From positions 30,935-94,934 of the forward strand of contig CAYYXK010000001.1 in the NCBI GenBank assembly GCA_964475625.1: a stretch of 64,000 bases of DNA. The letters run 5' to 3'. This document shows, in pieces, positions 55,984 through 64,000 of the stretch; within the stretch, counting starts at the first letter, position 1, and every line of letters starts with the position of its first letter. This DNA comes from an uncultured Thermoplasmata archaeon (GTDB lineage Archaea; Thermoplasmatota; Thermoplasmata; WALJ01). Below the pieces are notes generated by a model that was not told the DNA's origin, did no database searches, and worked only from the letters and a program-made list of their open reading frames with translations. The position numbers were made by a program, and so were the translations under genes.

Positions 55984-57012
55984 GTGAAATGCTTCAGGTG
56001 CGGAAAGAACGAAGCGGCCATAGACGGGCTTTGCGGGGATTGCTACATCGAAACGCATAAGCTTCTCGAATATCCGGAATACATCGATGTTCTGCGCTGT
56101 CTTCACTGCGGAGCCCTGTCCTTCGACGGAAAGAGATGGAGGGACACCGAAGATACTGTCCGGGAGCTCCGGGATATGGCTCTCACAACCATCAACATAT
56201 CTAAAGAAGCGAAGGTGGAAGAAGTCGAGGACACGGTCATGGAGCGCGACCCCTATATGTATGACTACCTAGGAAAAATCACCCTGTCCGTCGGTGATTT
56301 TCGAGCCGAGAGAGAATTCCACTCCGTAATACGTGTAAAGGGAGCGACGTGTCCAGCATGCAGCAGACTGCACGGCCACTACTTTGAGGCCATAATCCAG
56401 ATAAGGGCGGCCGGAAGAGAGATGACGGATGCGGAAAAGAAGATGGCACGAGATATCGTCATAAACCGGGTCTCTCAGGCTGAGAAAGGGAACAGAAATG
56501 TCTTTCTGACCGATGAGAAAGAGATGCACGGCGGACTGGACTTCTATATCAGCCACAGCGCAACTGCCAGAGGCACTGCGAAGGAACTGTCGGACTCCTT
56601 CGCCGGAAAAATCACCGAATCCAAGACCCTTACCGGAAGAAAGGAGGGCGAGGACTTCTACAGATTCACATTTCTCGTGCGGCTGCCCGAATACGGAAAG
56701 GGGGACTTCGTAAGGTATGGCGGCGGTTATTATATGGTGGAATCATCTTCCGGAAAGGGGTGGAAGCTGAAATCACTGGAAGGAAAACCGGATGTGCGGG
56801 TGCGTGGAAAGGACCTTAAAAGGATGAAACTTGCGGCCGGAAAGGATGATGTCGAGCATGCGATAGTCCTTTCTTCAACGGAGAACGAGGTTCAGGTCAT
56901 GGACCCGAAGACATATGAAACGAAAAACCTCATAATGAAGGGGAAAAAGGGTAAAAGCGCCAAAATAATACGGATAGAGAACGAGATATACGCATTACCC
57001 GATGATGAGTAG
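55984..57012 (+). CDS. NMD3-family protein (archaeal 60S export adaptor homolog)
   Basis: The N-terminus 'CFRCG...LCGDC...CLHCG' has the Nmd3 zinc fingers and OB-like C-terminus. The start is GTG. A TATA-like 'cctataaat' lies at ~55925-55933. Confidence 0.65.
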   Translation: MKCFRCGKNEAAIDGLCGDCYIETHKLLEYPEYIDVLRCLHCGALSFDGKRWRDTEDTVRELRDMALTTINISKEAKVEEVEDTVMERDPYMYDYLGKITLSVGDFRAEREFHSVIRVKGATCPACSRLHGHYFEAIIQIRAAGREMTDAEKKMARDIVINRVSQAEKGNRNVFLTDEKEMHGGLDFYISHSATARGTAKELSDSFAGKITESKTLTGRKEGEDFYRFTFLVRLPEYGKGDFVRYGGGYYMVESSSGKGWKLKSLEGKPDVRVRGKDLKRMKLAAGKDDVEHAIVLSSTENEVQVMDPKTYETKNLIMKGKKGKSAKIIRIENEIYALPDDE

Positions 57013-57801
57013 TTCTATGGAGTTCCCGCCTTCCATATGGGATGATATCACAGGTTCCCCTCCTTTTTTTTCTATTATGCCCTCAATTACGGCGAGGTCG
57101 TCCTCATTTCCGCCTTTCATCAGAAGTATCTTTCTTCCGGATGCCTTCAACCAAGGTGATGCATAGGCCTCGCGTACTGCTTTTTCAGCGCTCTCCATTC
57201 CTTTTCCTTCTCCGATCCCGACCCCCACCTTCCCTTTGAGTGCGCGCAAGATGTCATCCGTATCTTCCGGAACGAAGAACTCGGAGAACCACAGTACGGT
57301 CTCGCTGAACATGCGGGTAACCGCATTGAACGCCCCGCTCATCGTGGCATTGGGCGCTATCTTCAGTATGCCGTCGTTCTCGAGAACTATCGCCCACGGA
57401 GCGCTCTTGATGAGCCGGTTCATTCCCTTTTGCGCCTGAGTCCTTCTGGCCTCACCCTCAAGAGAGAATGGCAGGGATGCCATTGGAATCATCCTTTTTG
57501 AGAGTGAACTCAGCATCACGGGACCGACGGTACCGTAAAAACCTCCCAGTCCGGATACTGAAAAAACAAGGTCGTAGTGTTCGAGGACACGAAGAGCGCT
57601 TTTCTCGGTCTCAAGAAGGCTTCTCCGGACATCTGGGCTCGAACTTACGGAAGCTATCATCTCCTCTCTCGTGGAAAATATGTTCCTGTATGTCCTATCC
57701 TCTCTGTCGTTCATGAGATATGTCTCTATTCCTCTGCCTTTCAAAAGCCTTATCGCATTGGCACCTGCGCCACCACATCCAATCACCGCGGAACAGAGCA
57801 C
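56995..57801 (-). CDS. Divergent, short FtsZ/tubulin-like protein with degenerate signature (SGLGGFYGT)
   Basis: It begins 'VIGCGGAGANAI' (glycine-rich FtsZ N-terminus) but is only 268 aa, and its GGGTGTG motif is degraded. Confidence 0.45.
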   Translation of the reverse strand: MLCSAVIGCGGAGANAIRLLKGRGIETYLMNDREDRTYRNIFSTREEMIASVSSSPDVRRSLLETEKSALRVLEHYDLVFSVSGLGGFYGTVGPVMLSSLSKRMIPMASLPFSLEGEARRTQAQKGMNRLIKSAPWAIVLENDGILKIAPNATMSGAFNAVTRMFSETVLWFSEFFVPEDTDDILRALKGKVGVGIGEGKGMESAEKAVREAYASPWLKASGRKILLMKGGNEDDLAVIEGIIEKKGGEPVISSHMEGGNSIELLIIG

Positions 57802-57863
57802 GGACAGGAAAAGGCCTGTCCATATATGGTATTTATGGAAAAATCGGGGGTGTGAAATGGGTT

Positions 57864-59174
57864 TCAGTGCTTTTTCCTCTGGTCCAATACCCTTTTTGCT
57901 TTTATGCCTTCCTTGGGTATCTCTCCCGGACCGACGACCTTCACGCGGGGCGTAAGCGTCAGAACGGCCTTTATCTGGCTTGTGAGTTCATTAGCAAGGG
58001 TGCTCGCTTCCCCCTCGCTGAGCTTCCGCTTTGATTCCACCACCACATTCAGATTGTCCATGTCTCCGTCCGTGGTCAGTATTATCTGATAGTTCCCGCC
58101 GACCTTGTCGTTCCTCATGAGCACCCATTCGATCTGGCTCGGGAATATGTTGGTTCCGCGTATGATTATCATGTCGTCTGTCCTTGCCTTGACAGGGGCC
58201 ATTCTTGCGTGGGTCCTTCCGCAATCACAGGAATAGGAATCATAGATGTATGTGAGGTCGTGTGTGCGGTACCTGATTATCGGTATGCCCTCCTTGGTTA
58301 TGGTCGTAAGCACAAGCTCGCCCTCTTCCTCCGGGCCCAGCTGTTCGCCTGTCTTCGGGTCGACTATCTCGACTATGAAGTGGTCCTCCCAGATGTGGAG
58401 ACCGTCGTGGTGCTCGCAGTCCGTGGCAACTCCCGGGCCGGACATCTCAGTGAGCCCGTATATGTCATAGACCTCCATGTCCCACTGGTCCGCCAGCCTC
58501 TTCTTGAGCCCCTCACTGAATGCCTCGGCGCCGAATATCCCCTTGCGCACCTTCAGGTCCTTCTTCGGGTCTATTCCCATCTTCTCGGCAACGGTTCCGA
58601 GATGGACCGCGTACGATGCCACGCCAGACATGAATGTGGTTCCGTAGTCCTTCATGAGCTTCAGCTGCCTCTCGCTCTGACCGCCTCCCGAAGGTACGAC
58701 GAGAGCGCCCACTTTCTGCGCTCCGTAGTGGAATCCGAAGGCCCCTGTGAAAAGACCGTATGGTATCGGGTTCTGGAAGACATCCTTCTTGCTGAGCCCT
58801 GCCATGGCAAGGTCGCGGGCCATTATCTCCGCCCAGAGCTCGTCTATGTCGTGTCGATTGTATACCACGGTTATGGGGCTTCCCGTGGTTCCCGAGGATG
58901 CGTGCAGTTCCACGGCCTCCTCAAGAGGTATGGCTGCCATTCCGAAGGGGTAATTGTCCCTCAGGTCGTTCTTCACCGTGAACGGTAGTTTTGTTATGTC
59001 CTGAAGGCTCTTTATGTCCTCCGGCCTGACGCCGAGTTCATCGAATTTCTTCCGGTAGAAGGGCACGTTCTCGTAGACGCGGTGCACGGTCTCCTTCAGC
59101 CTCTTCAGCTGTAGCTCCTTTAGAGATGCGCGGTCTATGGTCTCCATCTTCGGGTTCCACATTGTCATGCTCAC
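57864..59174 (-). CDS. paaK: Phenylacetate-CoA ligase / coenzyme F390 synthetase family (paralog 1)
   Basis: 'HASSGTTGSPITVVY' is present and the length is consistent with PaaK. Confidence 0.75.
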   Translation of the reverse strand: MSMTMWNPKMETIDRASLKELQLKRLKETVHRVYENVPFYRKKFDELGVRPEDIKSLQDITKLPFTVKNDLRDNYPFGMAAIPLEEAVELHASSGTTGSPITVVYNRHDIDELWAEIMARDLAMAGLSKKDVFQNPIPYGLFTGAFGFHYGAQKVGALVVPSGGGQSERQLKLMKDYGTTFMSGVASYAVHLGTVAEKMGIDPKKDLKVRKGIFGAEAFSEGLKKRLADQWDMEVYDIYGLTEMSGPGVATDCEHHDGLHIWEDHFIVEIVDPKTGEQLGPEEEGELVLTTITKEGIPIIRYRTHDLTYIYDSYSCDCGRTHARMAPVKARTDDMIIIRGTNIFPSQIEWVLMRNDKVGGNYQIILTTDGDMDNLNVVVESKRKLSEGEASTLANELTSQIKAVLTLTPRVKVVGPGEIPKEGIKAKRVLDQRKKH

Positions 59175-60475
59175 ACCTTCTTTCTCAGGTCAAGGACATG
59201 CTTTGCCTTACCCTCTGTCCTCGGTATGGTTCCGGGCGGCAGAAGTTCCACCTTTGCGCGGAGCGTCAGAACGGCCTGCAGCTCGTCCTCCACCCTCTTC
59301 CTGAGCTTGGCCTCGTCATACTTGTCGGACTTGAAGAACTTGGGGTCTACCTCCACTTTCACATGCAGTTTGTCCAGTATCTCTCCGTCAACGACTATCT
59401 GGAAGAACTCTCCTGCGAGCTCGTCTATGTTCATAAGAACATGCTCTATCTGGCTCGGAAATACATTGACTCCGCCGATTATCAGCATGTCGTCCGCTCT
59501 TCCCTTTATCCTCATTATCCTCGGGTGGTAGCGTCCGCACTCACACTCCTCCCAGTTGATGACAGCGAGGTCCTTCGTCCTATACCTGAGCAGTGGCATG
59601 GCCTCCCTTGTGAGCATGGTGAATACCAGTTCTCCCTTCTGGCCCTCGGGCAGGACCTCTCCGGTCTCAGGGTCTATCACTTCAACAAGGAACTCGTCGG
59701 ACCATATGTGAAGCCCGTTCTGGTGCTCGCACTCAACCGCCACTCCGGGGCCGTAAAGCTCGCTCATTCCGTAGACATCGTGGGCTCTCAGCCCGAATGT
59801 GTCCTGTATCTTCTTTCTGGCTTCCTCGCTCCATGGCTCGGCACCGAACATGCCTATCCTGAGGTTGAAGTCCTCAAGCGGGTCGTATCCCTCGGCCTTC
59901 GCAGCCTCGCCGAGGTAGAGCGCATATGAGGGTGTAGCGGCGAGAACCGTGGTCTTCATGTCCTTCATCATCCTCAACTGTCTCTTGGTGTTCCCTGTGG
60001 CAGTGGGGACCGCCATAGCGCCGAGTTCCGCTATTCCGTAGTGGAAGCCAAGGCCTCCCGTGAAAAGGCCATATCCATATGCGTTCTGGACTATGTCCTC
60101 GCTGCTCACTCCTGCTGCGGAATATGTCCTCGCCATGAGCCTTCTCCATGTGCGCATGTCCCTCTCGGTGTATGTGACCACTGTTGGAATTCCGGTTGTT
60201 CCGGAGGAGGCATGCATCTCCACTACATCCCTGATAGGTACTGCCAGTATTCCATAGGGGTAGTGGTCCCTCAGGTCGTCCTTGTATGTGAATGGGATCT
60301 TATGGGCATCATCCAGTTTCCGTATGTCATCAGGGGTTATTCCCTTTTCCTTGAACCGTTTCTTGTACATCGGAACGTTCTCGTAGGCATATCTCACCTG
60401 CCTTAGAAAGCGCTCCTCCTGAAGCTTCTTCAGCTTGTCCGTCCTCATCAGCTCTATTTCCGGATGTATCATCAA
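59171..60475 (-). CDS. paaK: Phenylacetate-CoA ligase / coenzyme F390 synthetase family (paralog 2)
   Basis: 'HASSGTTGIPTVVTY' is present. Its stop overlaps the paralog 1 start (ATGA). Confidence 0.75.
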   Translation of the reverse strand: MMIHPEIELMRTDKLKKLQEERFLRQVRYAYENVPMYKKRFKEKGITPDDIRKLDDAHKIPFTYKDDLRDHYPYGILAVPIRDVVEMHASSGTTGIPTVVTYTERDMRTWRRLMARTYSAAGVSSEDIVQNAYGYGLFTGGLGFHYGIAELGAMAVPTATGNTKRQLRMMKDMKTTVLAATPSYALYLGEAAKAEGYDPLEDFNLRIGMFGAEPWSEEARKKIQDTFGLRAHDVYGMSELYGPGVAVECEHQNGLHIWSDEFLVEVIDPETGEVLPEGQKGELVFTMLTREAMPLLRYRTKDLAVINWEECECGRYHPRIMRIKGRADDMLIIGGVNVFPSQIEHVLMNIDELAGEFFQIVVDGEILDKLHVKVEVDPKFFKSDKYDEAKLRKRVEDELQAVLTLRAKVELLPPGTIPRTEGKAKHVLDLRKKV

Positions 60476-60525
60476 ATCACCGCCTTGGCATTGTTGGACC
60501 GTAAAAATAGTTTTTGGTGGTGAAA

Positions 60526-60533
60526 GCTTAAAT
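60526..60533 (+). promoter_or_regulatory. TATA-like box (cttaaata) upstream of the candidate SRP RNA
   Basis: It lies about 20-25 bp upstream of the proposed RNA 5' end. Confidence 0.3.
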
Positions 60534-60546
60534 AGAGCAATGCCGA

Positions 60547-60772
60547 GTATGTATCGCCCGGATTACGAAGGGAGCCCTGAACAGTGATGGGCTCTGCAAG
60601 GTTCGGGTAACATATGTGTTCCGTACGGGTCCCTGTGGGACTCCGGCGTGTCGTCGGTGCATGACCTCAGGACAACCCCGGAACATGACAATCCCCCGGC
60701 ATGGGTCAGGTCCCGGAGTGAGCGAAGCTCTCCGTGATGGGTTCTGTTAATGTCGGGGGACAAATACGGTTT
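60547..60772 (+). ncRNA. Candidate signal recognition particle (7S) RNA
   Basis: This is a GC-rich non-coding gap. 'GGGUCAGGUCCCGGAGUGAGCGAAGC' resembles the universal SRP helix-8 motif GGUCAGGUCCGGAAGGAAGCAGC. A hairpin GAGCCC...GGGCUC is present, the 5' and 3' ends are partly complementary, and a T-tract terminator lies at 60769-60772. The boundaries are approximate. Confidence 0.4.
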
Positions 60773-60804
60773 TCTTACCTCCTTAGCTCAATTGAATGGG
60801 ATAT

Positions 60805-60812
60805 CTATATAT
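60805..60812 (+). promoter_or_regulatory. TATA box (tatatata) for a leaderless vapB-vapC transcript
   Basis: It lies 24-31 bp upstream of the ATG at 60836. Confidence 0.45.
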
Positions 60813-60835
60813 ACCGGAAAAGCGAATGTCACAAC

Positions 60836-61030
60836 ATGGATCGAGCTGTCATCGAGGTGCCGGAGGCTTTCGCAGCGATATTCGGGAAGGATGCTGAGAA
60901 GGTAATATCCGAAATGGTTCGGAAAAGGGGAGAAAAGCTGAAGATAGTTGAAAAACTCTCTGAGATGAACCTTGATGTCGATGACTGGGAAACAATGGAA
61001 AATGAGATAATCGAGGGTGCAATCGAATGA
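60836..61030 (+). CDS. Putative antitoxin (VapB-like partner of PIN toxin), 64 aa
   Basis: This is a small ORF with a 4-nt ATGA overlap onto the downstream PIN gene. Confidence 0.5.
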   Translation: MDRAVIEVPEAFAAIFGKDAEKVISEMVRKRGEKLKIVEKLSEMNLDVDDWETMENEIIEGAIE

Positions 61031-61446
61031 TTTTCCTTGATACCAATATCTTCATGTATGCGGCGGGTTCGGAACATCCGAACAAGGAGGCTTCGGTGAA
61101 ACTTCTGGAACAGGTCGTGATTGGTGATATCGAGGCAGCCACCAGTGTGGAGGTCATACAGGAGATTCTGCACAGATACACCCACATAGGAAGGAAGGAA
61201 AGCGGATTGAAGCTCGCAACATATGTTATGGAAATAGTGCCGATAATATACGACATTGAAAGACAGGATATCGAAAAATCCATGGAACTTCTCAGAAAAT
61301 ACACTATAAACTCCAGAGATGCCATACATGCAGCCGTCGCTTTGAACAGAAAAATCCCGATTATCTGCACATATGATTCGCATTTCAAAGCAATAGAAGA
61401 AATAGATGTAAGGAAACCGGAAGAGGTCCTTTCCGGAAACCCCTAA
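61027..61446 (+). CDS. vapC: PIN-domain ribonuclease toxin VapC
   Basis: 'IFLDTNIFMYA' has the conserved Asp and 'SRDAIHAAVAL' carries the PIN acidic residues. It is 139 aa. Confidence 0.75.
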   Translation: MIFLDTNIFMYAAGSEHPNKEASVKLLEQVVIGDIEAATSVEVIQEILHRYTHIGRKESGLKLATYVMEIVPIIYDIERQDIEKSMELLRKYTINSRDAIHAAVALNRKIPIICTYDSHFKAIEEIDVRKPEEVLSGNP

Positions 61447-61505
61447 GCTCTGCTTTTCGATCGAAGCCCGGCTCCATACAACAACAGATAAGAGGGAAAT
61501 TGTAG

Positions 61506-61532
61506 AGATTGTACTGATAACATATACAATCT
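61506..61532. terminator. Perfect 8-bp inverted repeat (AGATTGTA-N11-TACAATCT) between convergent vapC and the amidohydrolase gene. Candidate bidirectional terminator hairpin or protein-binding palindrome
   Basis: It is visible in the sequence and ends exactly at the minus-strand stop codon. Confidence 0.35.
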
Positions 61533-62777
61533 TCACTCTTCAAATGCACTTACTACTTGCCTCACCTTCTCAATCACCTCTTCCTCACCTTCGACCTTCC
61601 TATTTCTCATGAGTATTTTTCCATCACATATGACCGTATCAACAGCGCTCCCGTTCGCCGAATACACCACATTCGACTCCCAGTTATGCATGGGCACCAT
61701 CTCGGGAATGTCCGTCCTTATGAGAATTATGTCCGCAAGATAACCTTCCCCTATCTTTCCTGCGTTGATTCCAAGGGCCTGAGCGCCCCATTCGGTAGCC
61801 ATCTTTATTGCCTCGTGTGCTGGCAGAGCCGTCGGGTCTCCTGAAACCTTTTGAAGGAGCGCTGCCATCTTCATCTCTTCCATCATGTCAAGGTTGTTGT
61901 TGCTTGCGGTTCCGTCGGTTCCCAGAACCGGCCTTATTCCGAGTCTTCTCATGGCAGTGTAAGGCATGATTCCGGAGCCCAGCTTCATGTTGGATGCGGG
62001 GTTGTGCGACGGCCAGACCCCTCTATCTGCATATATCCGCATGTCCTCATCGCTGAGCCAGATGGAATGAGCGGCAATCACATCCTTTCCAAGGAAACCG
62101 ATGCTGTCAAGGTATTTCACCGGGCTCATCCCGTTCTGTTCCATGCTGTCCTTCACTTCCTTTTCCGTCTCCGAGACATGTATGTGCAGTCTTAGACCTT
62201 TCTCCCTCGCAAATTCGGCAGCCCATTCGAGACCCTCTCTCGAAACCGTGTATATGGCATGAGGAGCAACGGATGCCTTTATCCTCGAATTCCTCATGCT
62301 CTCGACAAAACGCACGAACCTTTCCGTCTCACCCATCTCCTTTTCCATCTTTTCCCCATCAAAAAGGTCCAGAAAGCCGTATCCCAGTGTGGCCCTCATA
62401 CCGCTGTCCGCAACAGCCCTTGCGACATCCTCCATGAAGAAGTACATGTCGTTAAACGCCGTTGTTCCCGACTTTATCATCTCGATTATGGCGAGGCGTG
62501 TTCCCCAATAGGTCGTATCGCCTGTGAGTTTCGCCTCTGCCGGCCATATCTTCTCCTGAAGCCACCGATGAAGCGGCATGTCGTCGCCGTAACCCCTGAG
62601 AAGCGTCATTGCAGCGTGGGTGTGCGTGTTCACAAGGCCGGGCATGGCAATCATACCCTTTGCATCTATGACCTCGTCAGCCTCCGTCTGCCTGCCTATC
62701 TCGACTATCCTGTTCTCTTCGATGTAGATATGCGTCATCTCTCCGTTGAGCAGGACGTTCTTTATCAGAATGGACAT
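61533..62777 (-). CDS. Amidohydrolase of the MTA/SAH/5'-deoxyadenosine deaminase family (MtaD/DadD-like)
   Basis: 'PGLVNTHTHAAMTLLRG' is the metal-binding HxH, and the length is consistent with TRZ/ATZ-family deaminases. Confidence 0.7.
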   Translation of the reverse strand: MSILIKNVLLNGEMTHIYIEENRIVEIGRQTEADEVIDAKGMIAMPGLVNTHTHAAMTLLRGYGDDMPLHRWLQEKIWPAEAKLTGDTTYWGTRLAIIEMIKSGTTAFNDMYFFMEDVARAVADSGMRATLGYGFLDLFDGEKMEKEMGETERFVRFVESMRNSRIKASVAPHAIYTVSREGLEWAAEFAREKGLRLHIHVSETEKEVKDSMEQNGMSPVKYLDSIGFLGKDVIAAHSIWLSDEDMRIYADRGVWPSHNPASNMKLGSGIMPYTAMRRLGIRPVLGTDGTASNNNLDMMEEMKMAALLQKVSGDPTALPAHEAIKMATEWGAQALGINAGKIGEGYLADIILIRTDIPEMVPMHNWESNVVYSANGSAVDTVICDGKILMRNRKVEGEEEVIEKVRQVVSAFEE

Positions 62778-62805
62778 GGAAGTGCATGAGGCGGGGATAT
62801 TAAAG

Positions 62806-63288
62806 TTATTCCACCCAGAGGGACATTATGACCTCATCCACATACCGGCCTTTCACAATGTACTGGCCTTTTTTCCTGCATTCCTCCCTGAAACCCAATC
62901 CCTCATAGAATATTATGGCCTCCGTGTTCGTTGAAAAGACGGATAGCCAGAGTTTCTTCGCACCGTGCTCGACGGCCCAGCCCATCAGGTATTCCATCAT
63001 GGCCTTTCCAATTCCGAGTCCCCTGTAGCCCTTTCTGACGGCTATGCCGAAGGATGCAGCGTGCTTCGTCTTGTTCATGCCACCTATTCTGACATCTGCG
63101 CTCCCCACCACCATTCCGTCCATCACGGTGACTATCATCTTTCTCCCTTTTCCGAAGTATATCCGCAGTATCTCCCTCTCCTGCGATGCGTTCCTCGGAA
63201 CCTCGTCAGGCTCGATTAGAAGCTTCGTCCCTTCCCGAGCATGGCTCCTTATGTGGTCAAGAAGCATGTCAGCGTCCGAGAGTTTCAT
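62806..63288 (-). CDS. GNAT-family N-acetyltransferase
   Basis: 'RGLGIGKAMMEYLMGWAVEHG' is the acetyl-CoA binding motif. The start was trimmed to 'MKLSDADML'. Confidence 0.6.
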   Translation of the reverse strand: MKLSDADMLLDHIRSHAREGTKLLIEPDEVPRNASQEREILRIYFGKGRKMIVTVMDGMVVGSADVRIGGMNKTKHAASFGIAVRKGYRGLGIGKAMMEYLMGWAVEHGAKKLWLSVFSTNTEAIIFYEGLGFREECRKKGQYIVKGRYVDEVIMSLWVE

Positions 63289-63319
63289 CTCCCGGATTAT
63301 CGCCTTTCCCTTTCCGGTC

Positions 63320-63568
63320 TCAATGACCAGAGGCAGGCTCGATGTCCTTCGGCCCGCACTGAACCTTGTTCCCATTCTCAAGCCTCACGATGTACTCGGG
63401 CCTGTGGCCCTTTATGAACTCTATCCTTCCGTATTTGTTGTTCAGTTTGCAGAGTATGTGGTCGCCCACTTTGAACCTGTTATCTCCCTGTCCTCTCGCC
63501 TCGCAGCGCTCCGCCTCTTCCAGAGTATCATAGACCCTTCCGCATATCTCACACAGATATTTGACCAT
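63320..63568 (-). CDS. Small zinc-ribbon protein
   Basis: It has 'CEICG...C...CGPK' motifs and is 82 aa. Confidence 0.4.
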   Translation of the reverse strand: MVKYLCEICGRVYDTLEEAERCEARGQGDNRFKVGDHILCKLNNKYGRIEFIKGHRPEYIVRLENGNKVQCGPKDIEPASGH

Positions 63569-64000
63569 CTTTCACCACCACCTTTCCTTCCTTTATGACG
63601 GTATTGACCAGATTCACGCCGAAATGATAGGGTATGTGCATGTGGTTCGGCACGTCCAGAAGTATGATGTCCGCCTTCTTTCCGGGCTCAAGGCTTCCCA
63701 CCTCGTCGCCCATCCCAATGGAGTAAGCGGCATTGATTGTCGATGAAACTATGGCCTCTTCCGGGCTCATCCTCATCCTGAGGGATGCGAAGTTGATGAC
63801 CATCTGCATGGACTCGGTCCAGCAGTTCGGGTTAAGGTCCGTCGCCAGGGCAACGGGCACTCCTCTCTTTATGAACTCGCGGGCCGGCGCGTAGTGGTCG
63901 CTCAACAGCATGTGAGGAGTTCCCGGCAGAAGGTCCGCTATCATCCCGCTCTCCGCCATGAGTTCCATCTCTTCCTCGGAGGTTCTGACCAGATGCTCCG
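63549..64000 (-). CDS. Amidohydrolase-superfamily protein, C-terminal part (gene continues beyond the window end)
   Basis: 'ATDLNPN...GSLEPGKKADIILLD' is a typical metal-dependent hydrolase C-terminus. The ORF is open to the window edge. Confidence 0.5.
   Translation of the reverse strand, partial: EHLVRTSEEEMELMAESGMIADLLPGTPHMLLSDHYAPAREFIKRGVPVALATDLNPNCWTESMQMVINFASLRMRMSPEEAIVSSTINAAYSIGMGDEVGSLEPGKKADIILLDVPNHMHIPYHFGVNLVNTVIKEGKVVVKDGQISV

Noticed and set aside
60563-60763. A 66-aa minus-strand ORF in the GC-rich gap
   Set aside because: It has no SD or TATA. It overlaps the region better explained as a structured RNA. A GC-rich sequence gives spurious ORFs.

Overview
Dense archaeal chromosomal segment (~50% GC), most likely from Thermoplasmatota. 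Three things support this: a free-standing Thermoplasma-like 5S rRNA; the conserved rps19e-PDCD5-like-rpl39e-rpl31e-eif6 cluster; and leaderless TATA-box promoters alongside Shine-Dalgarno-led genes. Most genes are housekeeping: gyrB/gyrA, Hel308, PCNA, FtsZ, NrdR-NrdD-NrdG, ribosomal proteins, KsgA, Nmd3, inorganic pyrophosphatase, MptA and geranylgeranyl reductase. Accessory or unusual content follows. (1) An 1169-aa Type IIG (MmeI/Eco57I-like) nuclease-methyltransferase-TRD fusion gene sits exactly between gyrB and gyrA, overlapping both, with a low-GC patch in its TRD. (2) A type IV filament assembly module has two paralogous FlaI/TadA-like ATPases bracketing a platform protein split into two ORFs, with no pilin nearby and Hel308 coupled downstream. 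(3) Three translationally coupled KaiC/RecA-like genes occur in tandem, two with degenerate Walker A, and there is a separate membrane receptor-like protein with a zinc ribbon and a degenerate KaiC-like C-terminus. (4) A bacterial-type NrdR sits in front of an NrdD that carries a C-terminal thioredoxin-like (CPHC) domain, preceded by a putative NrdR box. (5) Two giant glycosylated cell-surface proteins, a VapBC pair, a candidate SRP RNA, a degenerate FtsZ paralog and a CoaD-YjjX fusion are present. No CRISPR arrays, tRNAs or transposases were seen.
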